A stretch of DNA of 45,462 nt. It comes from Planctomycetota bacterium. Lineage in GTDB: Bacteria > Planctomycetota > UBA1135 > UBA2386. This document shows positions 20,158 to 32,292 of this stretch, one piece after another. The translations under genes and the position numbers were made by a program. Location: NCBI GenBank assembly GCA_044351865.1, contig JBILEY010000003.1, forward strand, positions 1-45,462, in the 5' to 3' direction. The notes under the pieces were generated by a model. The model was not told the origin of the DNA. It saw only the letters and a list, made by a program, of their open reading frames with translations, and did no database searches. Within the stretch, counting starts at the first letter, position 1, and every line of letters begins with the position of its first letter.

Positions 20158-21297
20158 TCAGCGCTTCGGCAGCCACTCGGCGACACGCGCCGCCACCGCG
20201 GCCTGGATCTCGTCGCGCGCCTTGCGGTAGGCGCGCAGATCGCCGCCATAGGGATCGGCGACGTCGCGCTGGTCGGGCCGCAGCAGCGTGATCTTCTCGC
20301 CGGCGGCCGGTGCTTCCGCCAGCGTGTTGCGGCGGTGGCTGGCGGCGAGGCAGTAGATGCGGCTGCTCTTGTGCACCAGCTCCGGCGACAGCGGCTGGCT
20401 CTGGTGCGTCGACAGGTCGAGCCCGGCTTCGGCGCCGGCGGCGAGGCTGCCGTCGCTCGCCGGCAAACCGTCGGTCGTGCTGGTGCCCGCACTCGCGAAC
20501 GCGAAGCCGTGCGCCAGCAGTTCGGCCTCGGCGATGCCGAGTGCCTTCGCCGTCAGTTGCCGCGCGAAGGCCGCTGCCAGCGGCGATCGGCAGGTGTTGC
20601 CGGTGCAGACGAACAGCACCATCTCGGCGGCGGCGTGGAGCACTTCGTCGGCGGTCAGGATGCCCTCGCGCGGCACTTCGAGGCGGCCAGCTCGCCAGTG
20701 CACGACCGTCGACGGCGAGCCGAGCGGCGTGCGGCCGTCGTCGACCAGCAGGTCGAGGTCCTTGCCGAAGTGCGCTGTGATCGCGTCGGGATCGGCCAGC
20801 GCTGGAGCCCCGGGCGCATGCAGCGCCGGCAGGAACATGCGGCCGCCGGCGGCGGCGATCAGGCTGCGCGTGAACTCGTGCGCGGGCAGCCGCACGGCGA
20901 CTTCGCTGCTTGCCGCCGGTGCACGCGCCGGCAGCACGACGGTCAGCGGGCCCGGCCAGAAGCGATCGATCAGCCGGTCGATCGCGGGCGGCACGTTCGC
21001 GGCCAGCGCGCGCAGCTCGGCGCGGCTCGCCACATGCAGGGCGAACGACGGCGACGTGCGCAGTTGCAGGTTCGCCAGCGCTTCCCTGCGGTTGGTGGCG
21101 GGCGTGGTCGCCAGGGCCGGTCGCTGCAACAGTGCACCAGCGCGTGCGATCGCGCCGGCGTGGTCCGGCAGCACCGCGAGGCCGTAGACGGTCTCGGTCG
21201 GCAGCGCCACCAGCTGGCCTTGCTGCAGCCGCGCCACGACGTCCGCGCGCAGGGCGTCGCGGTCGGTGGAACGCAGCGGAACCCGGACCATGGCCAT
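20158..21297 (-). CDS. Fusion of TsaC/Sua5(YrdC)-like domain and low-molecular-weight phosphatase (YwlE-type)
   Basis: N-terminal domain: VALPTETVYGL, FWPGPLTVVL, VAVRLP, PSTVV. C-terminal domain: VLFVCTGNTCRSPLA P-loop, SAGT and DVADPYGG. Confidence 0.9.
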   Translation of the reverse strand: MAMVRVPLRSTDRDALRADVVARLQQGQLVALPTETVYGLAVLPDHAGAIARAGALLQRPALATTPATNRREALANLQLRTSPSFALHVASRAELRALAANVPPAIDRLIDRFWPGPLTVVLPARAPAASSEVAVRLPAHEFTRSLIAAAGGRMFLPALHAPGAPALADPDAITAHFGKDLDLLVDDGRTPLGSPSTVVHWRAGRLEVPREGILTADEVLHAAAEMVLFVCTGNTCRSPLAAAFARQLTAKALGIAEAELLAHGFAFASAGTSTTDGLPASDGSLAAGAEAGLDLSTHQSQPLSPELVHKSSRIYCLAASHRRNTLAEAPAAGEKITLLRPDQRDVADPYGGDLRAYRKARDEIQAAVAARVAEWLPKR

Positions 21298-21384
21298 GGG
21301 CCGGGACGATAGCGACGGCCGCTGGCGAAACCTCGACCGCGGGCGAGCTTTCTGCCGGGGCCGTGCCTATCTTCGCGCGGCTCG

Positions 21385-22124
21385 ATGTCCACCCCGGCTC
21401 GCGAAGAACGCCTCGCCAGGATCCGCACCCAGCGGTTGGCGCAGCTCGGCACGCTGCTGGCTGGCTTCGCCCACGAGGTGCGCAATCCGTTGAGCACGAT
21501 CGGGCTCAACCTGCAGCTCGTGCTCGAGGACTTCCGCGAGCCGGAGACGACGCGCGACAAGCGCACGCAGAAGCGCCTGTCGACGGTCGAAGCCGAGGTG
21601 CGGCGGCTGCAGAAGATCCTCGAGGAGTTCCTCGGCTTCGCACGCGCGCCGGAGCCGAAGCTGGTGCCGGTGCCGTTGAACGACCGCCTGCAAGCGCTGG
21701 TGGACTTCCACGAGCCGGACCTCGCCGCCGCCGGCCTGCAGCTGCGCTTCTATCCGGGCCAGGACATCGGCCAGGTGCCCGGCGACTGGGACCACCTGCA
21801 AGGTGCCGTCACCAACCTGCTGCGCAACGCCAAGGAAGCGACGCCGAGCGGCGGCCAGGTGCTGGTGTCGACGGTGCGCGACGGCGACTTCGTGCTGGTG
21901 CGCGTCACCGACACCGGCGCTGGCATCGTGCCGGAGCTGCAGCCGCGCGTGTTCGATCCCTACTTCAGCACCAAGAAGACCGGCACCGGCCTCGGCCTGC
22001 CGACGGTGCGGCGCGTCGCCGAGGAGCACGGCGGTTCGCTGACGCTGGAGTCGGAGGTCGGCAAGGGCACGCAGTTCACGTTGCGACTGCCGGCGGGCCG
22101 GCTGTCCGATCCGGAGTCGGTCGC

Positions 22125-22128
<4 letters not shown>
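21385..22128 (+). CDS. Histidine kinase (HisKA + HATPase), no sensor domain
   Basis: H-box AHEVRNPL, N-box NLLRNAKEA, G1 DTGAGI, F FDPYFSTK, G2 GTGLGL. Stop overlaps the ATG of the next gene. Confidence 0.92.
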
Positions 22129-23501
<1,373 letters not shown>

Positions 23502-23599
23502 GCGCCGTGCCGGGGAAGGGCTGGCCGTCGGGCCACTCGATCGTCCGCGGCATGGATGCGGACCCCGCTGCTCCCTAGAGTTTCCGCCTTCGACCCACC

Positions 23600-24583
23600 A
23601 TGAGCGAAACCCCCGCCAAGATCGGCATGCAGGACGGCCTCGCGTTCGAACGCCAGCTCAACGAGCTGCAGGCGAAGATCGCCGAGCTGCGCAAGCTCAA
23701 CACCGGCTCGCACCTCGAGCTGACCGGCGAGATCGCGCTGCTCGAGGACCGCCTGCGCAAGCAGACCGCCGAGGTCTACGCGCAGCTGAGTCCATGGGAG
23801 CGCGTCAACGTCGCGCGCCACGCCGACCGGCCGCTGACCAGCGACTACGTGCAGCTGATGCTCGACGACTTCGTCGAGATCCACGGCGACCGCGTGTTCG
23901 GCGACGACCGCGCGATCCTGACCGGCCTCGCGACGATGGGCGGGCAGCGCTTCCTGCTGGTCGGCCACCGCAAGGGCAAGACGGTCAAGGACCGCCTCGC
24001 CTGCAACTTCGGCTGCGCGCACCCGGAGGGCTACCGCAAGGCCATGCAGAAGATGCGCATGGCGGAGAAGTGGAAGCTGCCGATCGTGACCTTCATCAAC
24101 ACGCCGGGCGCCTATCCGGGCATCGGCGCCGAGGAGCGCGGCCAGGCGTCGGCGATCGCGCGCAACATCCTCGAGATGTTCGACCTGAAGGTGCCGATCG
24201 TCTGCGTCGTCATCGGCGAAGGCGGTTCGGGTGGTGCGCTCGGCATCGGCGTCGGCGACCGCGTCGGCATGCTCGAGAACAGCTACTACTCGGTGATCTC
24301 GCCGGAAGGCTGCGCGGCGATCCTGTGGAAGAGCGGCGACAAGGCGCCGGAGGCCGCCGAGGCGCTGAAGCTGACCAGCAAGGACCTGCTGCGGCTCGGT
24401 CTGGTCGACAAGGTCGTCGAGGAACCGCTCGGTGGCGCGCACCGCGATCCGAAGGGTGCGGTCGATCGCGTCAAGCAGCAGATCGTCGAGTGGCTGACGG
24501 AGCTGCAGGCGATCCCGCTGCCGGAGCTGCTCGCGCAGCGCTACGCCAAGTTCCGTCGCATGGGCACGCCGCTGCAGGGCTGA
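23600..24583 (+). CDS. accA: Acetyl-CoA carboxylase carboxyltransferase alpha subunit
   Basis: LSPWERVNVARH, EIHGDRVFGDD, NFGCAHPEGYRKA, TPGAYPGIGAEERGQ, GEGGSGGALG and YSVISPEGCAAILWK. Confidence 0.97.
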   Translation: MSETPAKIGMQDGLAFERQLNELQAKIAELRKLNTGSHLELTGEIALLEDRLRKQTAEVYAQLSPWERVNVARHADRPLTSDYVQLMLDDFVEIHGDRVFGDDRAILTGLATMGGQRFLLVGHRKGKTVKDRLACNFGCAHPEGYRKAMQKMRMAEKWKLPIVTFINTPGAYPGIGAEERGQASAIARNILEMFDLKVPIVCVVIGEGGSGGALGIGVGDRVGMLENSYYSVISPEGCAAILWKSGDKAPEAAEALKLTSKDLLRLGLVDKVVEEPLGGAHRDPKGAVDRVKQQIVEWLTELQAIPLPELLAQRYAKFRRMGTPLQG

Positions 24584-24599
24584 CCGGGAACCCGGCGCG

Positions 24600-25397
24600 A
24601 TGCCGTTCCTGCAGAGCCTGCTGGCGATCACGCTGGAGAACGCGCTCCGCTACTTCGTCGCCGCCGGGCTGGCCTGGTGGCTCGCGTTCCGCTGGTGCCG
24701 CGCCCGTTGGGCGCACCGCAAGATCGTGCCGGCGGCACCGACGCGCGCCGACGTGCGCCGCGAACTGGCCTGGTCGCTGAGCTCGCTGCTGGTGTTCGGC
24801 CTGGTCGGGGCTGCGACCTACCAGGCGGTGCGCGCGGGCTGGACGCGCATGTACTTCGGCGACCCGTTCGCCGACCTCGGCTGGTTCGTCGCCAGCATCG
24901 CGCTGACGATCGCGCTGCACGACACGTGGTTCTACTGGACGCATCGCTGGATGCACCGGCCGCGGGTGTTCCGCCTGGTGCACCGCGTGCACCACCAGTC
25001 GACCAATCCGTCGCCGTGGGCGGCCTACGCGTTCCATCCGCTCGAAGCGGTGGTGGAGGCGGCGATCTTCCCGCTGGCCGTGCTGCTGGTGCCGATGCAC
25101 CCGCTGGCCTTCGTCGTCTTCATGGTCTGGCAGATCACGTTCAACGTGCTCGGCCACACCGGCCACGAGTACCACCCGCGCTGGCTGCTCGACTCGTGGC
25201 TCGGCAAGGTGCTGAACACGCCGACGAACCACGCGATGCACCACGAGCTCTTCCGCGGCAACTACGGGCTCTACGCGAACGTCTGGGATCGGGTCATGGG
25301 CACGAACCACCCGGACTATGCGGCGCGCTTTCGGGCGGTGACGGGCCGCGGGCGGGCGAGCGTCGCCCCTCTCGACGCCCAAGGGCCGCGTCCCTAG
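24600..25397 (+). CDS. Sterol desaturase / fatty-acid hydroxylase superfamily protein (ERG3-like)
   Basis: Membrane protein with His boxes HDTWFYWTHRWMH, HRVHH and HAMHH, plus PSPWAAYAFHPLE and NYGLY..VWDRVMGT. Confidence 0.88.
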   Translation: MPFLQSLLAITLENALRYFVAAGLAWWLAFRWCRARWAHRKIVPAAPTRADVRRELAWSLSSLLVFGLVGAATYQAVRAGWTRMYFGDPFADLGWFVASIALTIALHDTWFYWTHRWMHRPRVFRLVHRVHHQSTNPSPWAAYAFHPLEAVVEAAIFPLAVLLVPMHPLAFVVFMVWQITFNVLGHTGHEYHPRWLLDSWLGKVLNTPTNHAMHHELFRGNYGLYANVWDRVMGTNHPDYAARFRAVTGRGRASVAPLDAQGPRP

Positions 25398-25436
25398 CGT
25401 GTTCGCGGGGGAGCCGCGAAGCGGCTCAGGTGCTCC

Positions 25437-26210
25437 ATGTTCGACTTCTTGTTCCCGCCGAAGTGCCCCGTCGACGACGCCACCCGCGGCTGGGTGCGCG
25501 ATCGCTACGCCTGGCTCACGGCGCGCTTTGGCGACGAGGCGTTCCTGCAGCCCATGGTGCTGCCGACGACGGAGTTCTTTCCGGAACGCTTCGACGGGTC
25601 CCTGGCGGCGCTGGAGAGTGTGATGCACCGCATCGCCGAGCGTCTCGGCGTCGCGTCGTCGTCGCTGCAGCTCGAGCTGTTCGACGATGGCGACGCCTAC
25701 ATGGACCTGCTGCGGCAGAACCAGCTCGAAGGTCGGAGCCGCACCGAGGGTGCGGCCGGCTGGTTCGCCGAGCACGAGTCCTACTCGGGCTTCTCGGCGC
25801 AGTTCCGCATCGCGCTCGGGCAATCGGCCGCGCGCGACCCGGTGGTCGCGGTCGCCACGCTGGCGCACGAAGTCTGCCACGCGCTGCTGTTGGGCGATCA
25901 CCACCTCGAGGGCCACGAGGAGGACCTCGAGCCGCTCACCGACCTAGCGACGGTGTTCTTCGGCTTCGGCGTGTTCACGGCCAACGCGGGGGTGCGCGAG
26001 CAGGCGTGGCAGCAGGGGGCGCTGCATGGCTGGCGCATCGCGCGGCACGGCTACTTGCCGGCGTCGACGGTCGGGTTCGCGTTGGCGTGGCATGCCGCCC
26101 TGCGGCGGGAGTCGTCGCCGGCGTGGGCGGGGCGGTTGCGAGCCGACGTGCGGGCGCCGTTCCGCAAGGCGCAGCGCTACCTGCGCCAGCCGGCGAAGCG
26201 AAAGGGCTAG
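25437..26210 (+). CDS. Hypothetical protein with HExxH zincin-like motif
   Basis: 257 aa; TLAHEVCH followed by EPLTDLATVFFGFG. Confidence 0.65.
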   Translation: MFDFLFPPKCPVDDATRGWVRDRYAWLTARFGDEAFLQPMVLPTTEFFPERFDGSLAALESVMHRIAERLGVASSSLQLELFDDGDAYMDLLRQNQLEGRSRTEGAAGWFAEHESYSGFSAQFRIALGQSAARDPVVAVATLAHEVCHALLLGDHHLEGHEEDLEPLTDLATVFFGFGVFTANAGVREQAWQQGALHGWRIARHGYLPASTVGFALAWHAALRRESSPAWAGRLRADVRAPFRKAQRYLRQPAKRKG

Positions 26211-26312
26211 ATCGGCGGACGGATCGCCGAGTTCTGGCGCCAACACCTCGTCTTCGTGCCCCGTATCAGGCCTGACGGTCGTCGACCGCGACCGCTATCC
26301 TCCGGACCGCCC

Positions 26313-26993
26313 ATGCAGCCGAGCTTCGAACGCCCCCGCAGCACCGTGCGCCCGACCGTCGATGCGGCCGGGCCCGTCGCGGCGAACCTCCCGACCGGCC
26401 TGTCTTCGGCGGTGCAGCAGCTGGCGCTCGACCCGGCCTTGTCCGACGCCGAATTGGTCCGCCGCACGCTGGCCGGGCAGCAGGATCCGTTCGCAGCGTT
26501 GGTCGCGCGCTACCAGAAGCGGGCCTACTGGATCGCCTTCCACGTCGTCGGCCGCCCCGAGGAGGCGCGCGACGTGGCGCAGGAGGCGTTCGTGCGGCTG
26601 TTCAAGGGCCTCGCGCAGTACGACTTCGCCCGCTCGTTCTACACCTGGTTCTATCGCATCGTCATGAACCTGGCGATCGACGCGCTGCGCAAGCTCCGCA
26701 GTGCCCGCGCCGGCAGTCTCGACGACGTGCTCGGCGGCCTGCCGGACCAGCGCGAGAGCGGCGAATCGCCGGTCGAACGCGAAGAGCAGGACCGCGCGGT
26801 GTGGACCGTGCTGGAGCGCCTGGACGCGAAGTTCCGCGCCGTGCTCGTGCTGCGCGACATCCACGGCCTCAGCTGCCGGGAGATCGCGCCGATCCTCAAG
26901 GTCACGCACGCGACGGCGCGCTGGCGGCTGCACCGCGGCCGGCAGATGTTCCGCGAGCACTGGGAGCGCCTGGAGCGCGGAGGCAGGTCGTGA
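26313..26993 (+). CDS. ECF (group 4) RNA polymerase sigma factor
   Basis: SDAELV...FAALVARYQ, ARDVAQEAFVRLF, FYTWFYRIVMNLAID (region 2), and RAVLVLRDIHGLSCREIAPIL...RLHRGR (region 4). Start ATG 26313 is preferred over GTG 26256. Confidence 0.93.
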   Translation: MQPSFERPRSTVRPTVDAAGPVAANLPTGLSSAVQQLALDPALSDAELVRRTLAGQQDPFAALVARYQKRAYWIAFHVVGRPEEARDVAQEAFVRLFKGLAQYDFARSFYTWFYRIVMNLAIDALRKLRSARAGSLDDVLGGLPDQRESGESPVEREEQDRAVWTVLERLDAKFRAVLVLRDIHGLSCREIAPILKVTHATARWRLHRGRQMFREHWERLERGGRS

Positions 26994-27628
26994 GCGAGCC
27001 GTGTGTTCGTGTGCGCGAGCAGCTGCCGTGGTTCGCCGGTGGGGAGCTCGACGTTGGCACCGCCGCCTTCGTGCGGGCGCACCTCGTCGACTGCCACGCC
27101 TGCCGTTGCGAGGCGGCGGTGCTGCAGCGGGCGCACGCGGCGCTCGGCGCCCTCGGCACCGCCGACGAGACGCCGGCCCAGGCCGCGATGTTCGCCGACC
27201 TGCACCGCGACATCGTCGCGGCGGTCGCGGCCGAACCATCCCTGTCGGTGCCGACCGCTGGTCGGTCGTCGTGGTGGGCCTCGGGGCGCGTGCTCGCGGC
27301 GGCGGCGATCCTCGTCGTGGTCGGCTTCTGGGGCGGCATCGTCGCCGGCGACCGGCGGAGCAGCAGCGCGGATTCGCGTCCGGTGGGCACTTCGGCCGTG
27401 GCGCCAGCACCGCGAACTACCGGCGGTGAGTCGCCGATGGTGGTGCCGTATGCCGGGCCGCGGGTGGAGCTGCGGCCGCTCGGCGAGGACCGCGGCGACG
27501 ACGACGTCGAAGTCGAAGTCGGGCCGTCGGGCCTGCTGGTTCGGCGCGCCCTGCGCCAGCTGGTGGACGACGGCGTGCCGGTGCCGCCGGTGGTGCCGCC
27601 GGCGACGTCGGTGTCGCACCCGCGCTGA
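26990..27628 (+). CDS. Zinc-binding anti-sigma factor (zf-HC2/ZAS) with one TM helix
   Basis: GTG 26990 overlaps the sigma stop. CVRVREQLPWFAGGEL...RAHLVDCHACR carries the HxxxCxxC motif; TM helix VLAAAAILVVVGFWGGIV. Confidence 0.85.
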   Translation: MSEPCVRVREQLPWFAGGELDVGTAAFVRAHLVDCHACRCEAAVLQRAHAALGALGTADETPAQAAMFADLHRDIVAAVAAEPSLSVPTAGRSSWWASGRVLAAAAILVVVGFWGGIVAGDRRSSSADSRPVGTSAVAPAPRTTGGESPMVVPYAGPRVELRPLGEDRGDDDVEVEVGPSGLLVRRALRQLVDDGVPVPPVVPPATSVSHPR

Positions 27629-27747
27629 CCCGCCCCGCGTTGGTGGGCCGTTCGCTCGCCGCTGGCTGCCTGCAGCCGGAGTTTTTCGGCCGTCGTCCGT
27701 CGTGGGACGCGCTCCGCGCACTGCCCGGCGGAGCAGGAGACCTGACG

Positions 27748-29052
27748 ATGATCGAACTGCGCAAGATCCTGTTGGTGGCCGCCACCGGCCTCGCGTCCTC
27801 ACTGCTCGCCCAAGACCCCACGGCGCCGAAGCCGCCTGCGACCGGCACGGAAGCGACGCCGCCCGCGACCACGGCGAAGCCCGATGCGGGCAAGGAGGTC
27901 GCATCCTTGATCCGACAGCTGGGCAGCGACAGCTACCGCCAGCGCGTCGACGCCGAACGGCGCCTGCGCGAACTCGGCGAGGCGGCGCTGCCAGCACTGC
28001 GCGACGCGGCGGCGCAGAAGGACGATGCCGAGGTGCAATGGCGCGCGCGCCGGCTGGTGCGCCAGCTCGAGGGTTCGGCGCCGTTGGCGTCACGCGGGCG
28101 CGGCAACGGCAACGACGACCAGCCGAACGACCGCGCGCCGGAGCTCGAGAGTGCGCCGAAGGTGCAGCGTCGCACGCCGGTGTTCGGCGGTGTCGACGAC
28201 GACATGCGGCAGCAGTTCCAGTCGCTGTTCGAGCGGCTCGAACGCGACTTCGGCGTCGACGTGCCGCGCGCCCGCTTCTTCGACGATTCGTTCTTCCGCG
28301 ACCTGCAGGAGCAGATGCAGCCGGGCGCTGGAGTCTCGCGCGGCATGAGCGTGCAGATCGGCCCGGACGGCGCGGTGCACGTCGAAGTGCAGCAGCAGAA
28401 CGAGAAGGGCGAACCCGAGACCAAGGTCTACGACGCGCCCGACATGGAGACGTTCCAGCGCGAGCATCCGGGCGTGCTGCAGCAGAACGGCCTCAGCCTG
28501 TCGCCGTTCCTCCGCGGCGGGCGTCTGTTCGGCGGCGACACGATGCCGGGATTCCGCTTCGAGATGGGCAGGCCCGAGGTGCAGGTGCTGCCGTTCGGCA
28601 CCACGCCGCCGCGCGATCGCGCGCAGGGGATGGAGGTCGCTCCAGTGGCGCCGCCCGCCGGTCGCCGCCTCGGGATCGGCATCCGGCCGGAGATTCCGGC
28701 CGAGCTGCGCGAGTATCTCGAGCTGCCCGAGGGCACCGGCCTGATGGTCGATTCGGTGCAGCCCGACTCGCTGGCGTCAGCGCTCGGCCTGCAGCGCGGC
28801 GACATCGTCACCAGGATCGGCGAGCGCACCATCGGTTCGCCGCAGGACGTGCAGGAGGCCCTCGGCGCGATCGAAGTCGGCGGCGACGTCGCGGTCACGT
28901 TCGTGCGCAAGGGCAAGGAGCAGGTGGCGACGGCGAAGAAGGCCGAAGCGAGCGAGCCCGCCGCGGCGCCGGCGAACGGCGACGAGCCGGGGCGCGATGG
29001 CCGTCTGCAGCGCCGCAGCGGCGGCAAGAGCGGCGGCACCCAGGTGCGCTGA
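27748..29052 (+). CDS. Exported HEAT-repeat + PDZ domain protein
   Basis: SD AGGAG before ATG 27748; signal MIELRKILLVAATGLASSLLA. HEAT-like LIRQLGSDSYRQRVDAERRLRELGEAALPAL...DAEVQWRA. HtrA-type PDZ RLGIGI...GLMVDSVQPDSLASALGLQRGDIV. Confidence 0.82.
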   Translation: MIELRKILLVAATGLASSLLAQDPTAPKPPATGTEATPPATTAKPDAGKEVASLIRQLGSDSYRQRVDAERRLRELGEAALPALRDAAAQKDDAEVQWRARRLVRQLEGSAPLASRGRGNGNDDQPNDRAPELESAPKVQRRTPVFGGVDDDMRQQFQSLFERLERDFGVDVPRARFFDDSFFRDLQEQMQPGAGVSRGMSVQIGPDGAVHVEVQQQNEKGEPETKVYDAPDMETFQREHPGVLQQNGLSLSPFLRGGRLFGGDTMPGFRFEMGRPEVQVLPFGTTPPRDRAQGMEVAPVAPPAGRRLGIGIRPEIPAELREYLELPEGTGLMVDSVQPDSLASALGLQRGDIVTRIGERTIGSPQDVQEALGAIEVGGDVAVTFVRKGKEQVATAKKAEASEPAAAPANGDEPGRDGRLQRRSGGKSGGTQVR

Positions 29053-29060
29053 ACGCGCGG

Positions 29061-29083
29061 CCCGCCGCCAGCGCAGCGGCGGG
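29061..29083. terminator. Hairpin between convergent PDZ gene and rlmN
   Basis: 8-bp stem CCCGCCGC-cagcgca-GCGGCGGG. Confidence 0.45.
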
Positions 29084-30126
29084 TCAGCCCTTCGCCAGTT
29101 CGCGCAAGCGCAGCTGGCCGCACGCCGCCGACCGGTCGGCTCCTCGCTGCCGGCGCACGGTGACGTTCAACCCGCCGCGACGCAGCAGGTCGGCGAACGC
29201 GTCGACGCGCGCCGGGCTCGGCCGCCGCAGGCCGCGCGCCGCGGCGATTTCGTCGACCGGGTTCCATGGGATGAGGTTCACGGTGCACGGCAGGGCGCCG
29301 AGCACGTCGACCATCGCCGTGGCGTCCTGTGGCCGGTCGTTGGAGCCCTCCAGCAGCACGACCTCGTAGGTGACTTCGCGGCCCTTCTGGCCGAAGTAGC
29401 GGTGCGCAGCGGCGACGATCTCACGCACCGGGGCGGATGCGGTCGGCACCAGCTGCTTGCGCAGCGTGTCGTCGGCGGCGTGCAGCGACACGGCGAGGTT
29501 GTAGGACGGATCGGCGGCGGCGAAGCGTTCCATCTGCCGCGGGTAGCCCGACGTGCTGACGGTGATGCGGCGGGCGCCCATGTCGATGCCGTCGCCGTCG
29601 TGGATGCGCTCGAGCGCCGGCAACAGGTTGTCGAGGTTCAGCATGGGTTCGCCCATGCCCATGACGACCAGGTTGGTCAGGCGGCGATCCGCCGGCAGCC
29701 GCGACTTGGCGACCAGCACCTGCTCGGCGATCTCGCCGTTGGTCAGGTTGCGGCGCACGCCGAACATTCCCGAGGCGCAGAACACGCAGGCGACCGGGCA
29801 ACCGACCTGCGTCGAGATGCACAGCGTCGTGCGTTCGCCGTCCGGGATGATCACGCACTCGACCGCTTCGCCGTCGGCGAGCCGCAGCAGCAGCTTCTGC
29901 GTGCCGTCGTCGGCGTCGTCGACCTTGTCGACGGTGGCGTGGCGCAGCCGGTGGCCGGCGGCCAGCGCCGTTCGCAGGGCCTGCGGCACGTTGCGCATCG
30001 CGTCGAACGAACTGGCGCCGTGGCGCCACAGCCAGTGCGCGACCTGGCGCGCCTGGAACGGCTTGCCGCCGGCTTCGGCGACGACTGTGGCCAGCGCCGC
30101 GTCGCTGAGGTCGGTCAGCGTCGCCA

Positions 30127-30127
<1 letters not shown>
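29084..30127 (-). CDS. rlmN: 23S rRNA m2A2503/tRNA m2A37 radical-SAM methyltransferase
   Basis: The likely start is ATG 30127 (TGATG overlap with clpX). Motifs: DGTQKLL, CISTQVGCPVACVFCASG (CxxxCxxC), MGMGEP, LAVSLHA, NLIPWN and AACGQL. Confidence 0.93.
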
Positions 30128-31434
<1,307 letters not shown>

Positions 31435-31584
31435 GTCTTGCCTCGTGTTCGGTCGCGGTGGGCCATGCAGCTTAGCCGGGGCCCTGGCCGCGCGCGCGGT
31501 CGCCGATCGGCTTTCGCGCGCGATCGCCATCGGTGCGGCGCAGCGAGCCGGCGTCGGCGGGTTGCCGACGACCGCGCCGAGACC

Positions 31585-32184
31585 TCACTTGCTGGTCTGC
31601 ACGATCTCGTCGATCAGGCCGTAGGCCTTCGCTTCGGCCGGGCCCATGAAGAAGTCGCGGTCGCTGTCGCGGTTGACGTCGGTGGCCGGGCGGTTGCAGT
31701 GGCGACCGAGGATCTCGCTGAGCGTGGTCTTCAGGCGCAGGATCTCGTCGGCCTGGATCGAGATGTCGATCGCGGTGCCGCCGACGCCGCCCCACGGCTG
31801 GTGGATCATGATGCGCGAGTGCGGCAGCGCGTGGCGCTTGCCCTTGGTGCCCGCGGCCAGCAGCACGGCGCCCATCGAAGCCGCCTGGCCGATGCAGTAG
31901 GTCGCGACCGGGCACTGCACGAACTGCATCGTGTCGTAGATCGCGAGGCCGGCGGTCACGCTGCCGCCCGGCGTGTTCAGGAACAGGTTGATGTCCTGGT
32001 TCTTGTTCTCCTTCTGCAGGAACAAGAGCTGAGCGATCACGGCGTTGGCGACGTTGTCGTCGATCGGCGTCCCGATGAACACGATCCGGTCCTCGAGCAA
32101 CCGGCTGTAGATGTCGTAGACGCGCTCGCCGCGGCCGGTCTTCTCGATGACGGTGGGGATGAAGTAGCTGTTGGCGATGCTCAT
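31585..32184 (-). CDS. clpP: ATP-dependent Clp protease proteolytic subunit
   Basis: Start ATG 32184; [27 protein letters not shown] (catalytic Ser), IMIHQP (His) and DRDFFM. Confidence 0.97.
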   Translation of the reverse strand: MSIANSYFIPTVIEKTGRGERVYDIYSRLLEDRIVFIGTPIDDNVANAVIAQLLFLQKENKNQDINLFLNTPGGSVTAGLAIYDTMQFVQCPVATYCIGQAASMGAVLLAAGTKGKRHALPHSRIMIHQPWGGVGGTAIDISIQADEILRLKTTLSEILGRHCNRPATDVNRDSDRDFFMGPAEAKAYGLIDEIVQTSK

Positions 32185-32292
32185 GGCTCGGCGAACGGGT
32201 TCGGGGTTAGCGGGCGAGCCTCGACGGCCCAGCGGATGCACGCGGCCCCCGTCGGACGGGGGCCGGACAGCCTGGGACTGTCGCGACTTCGC

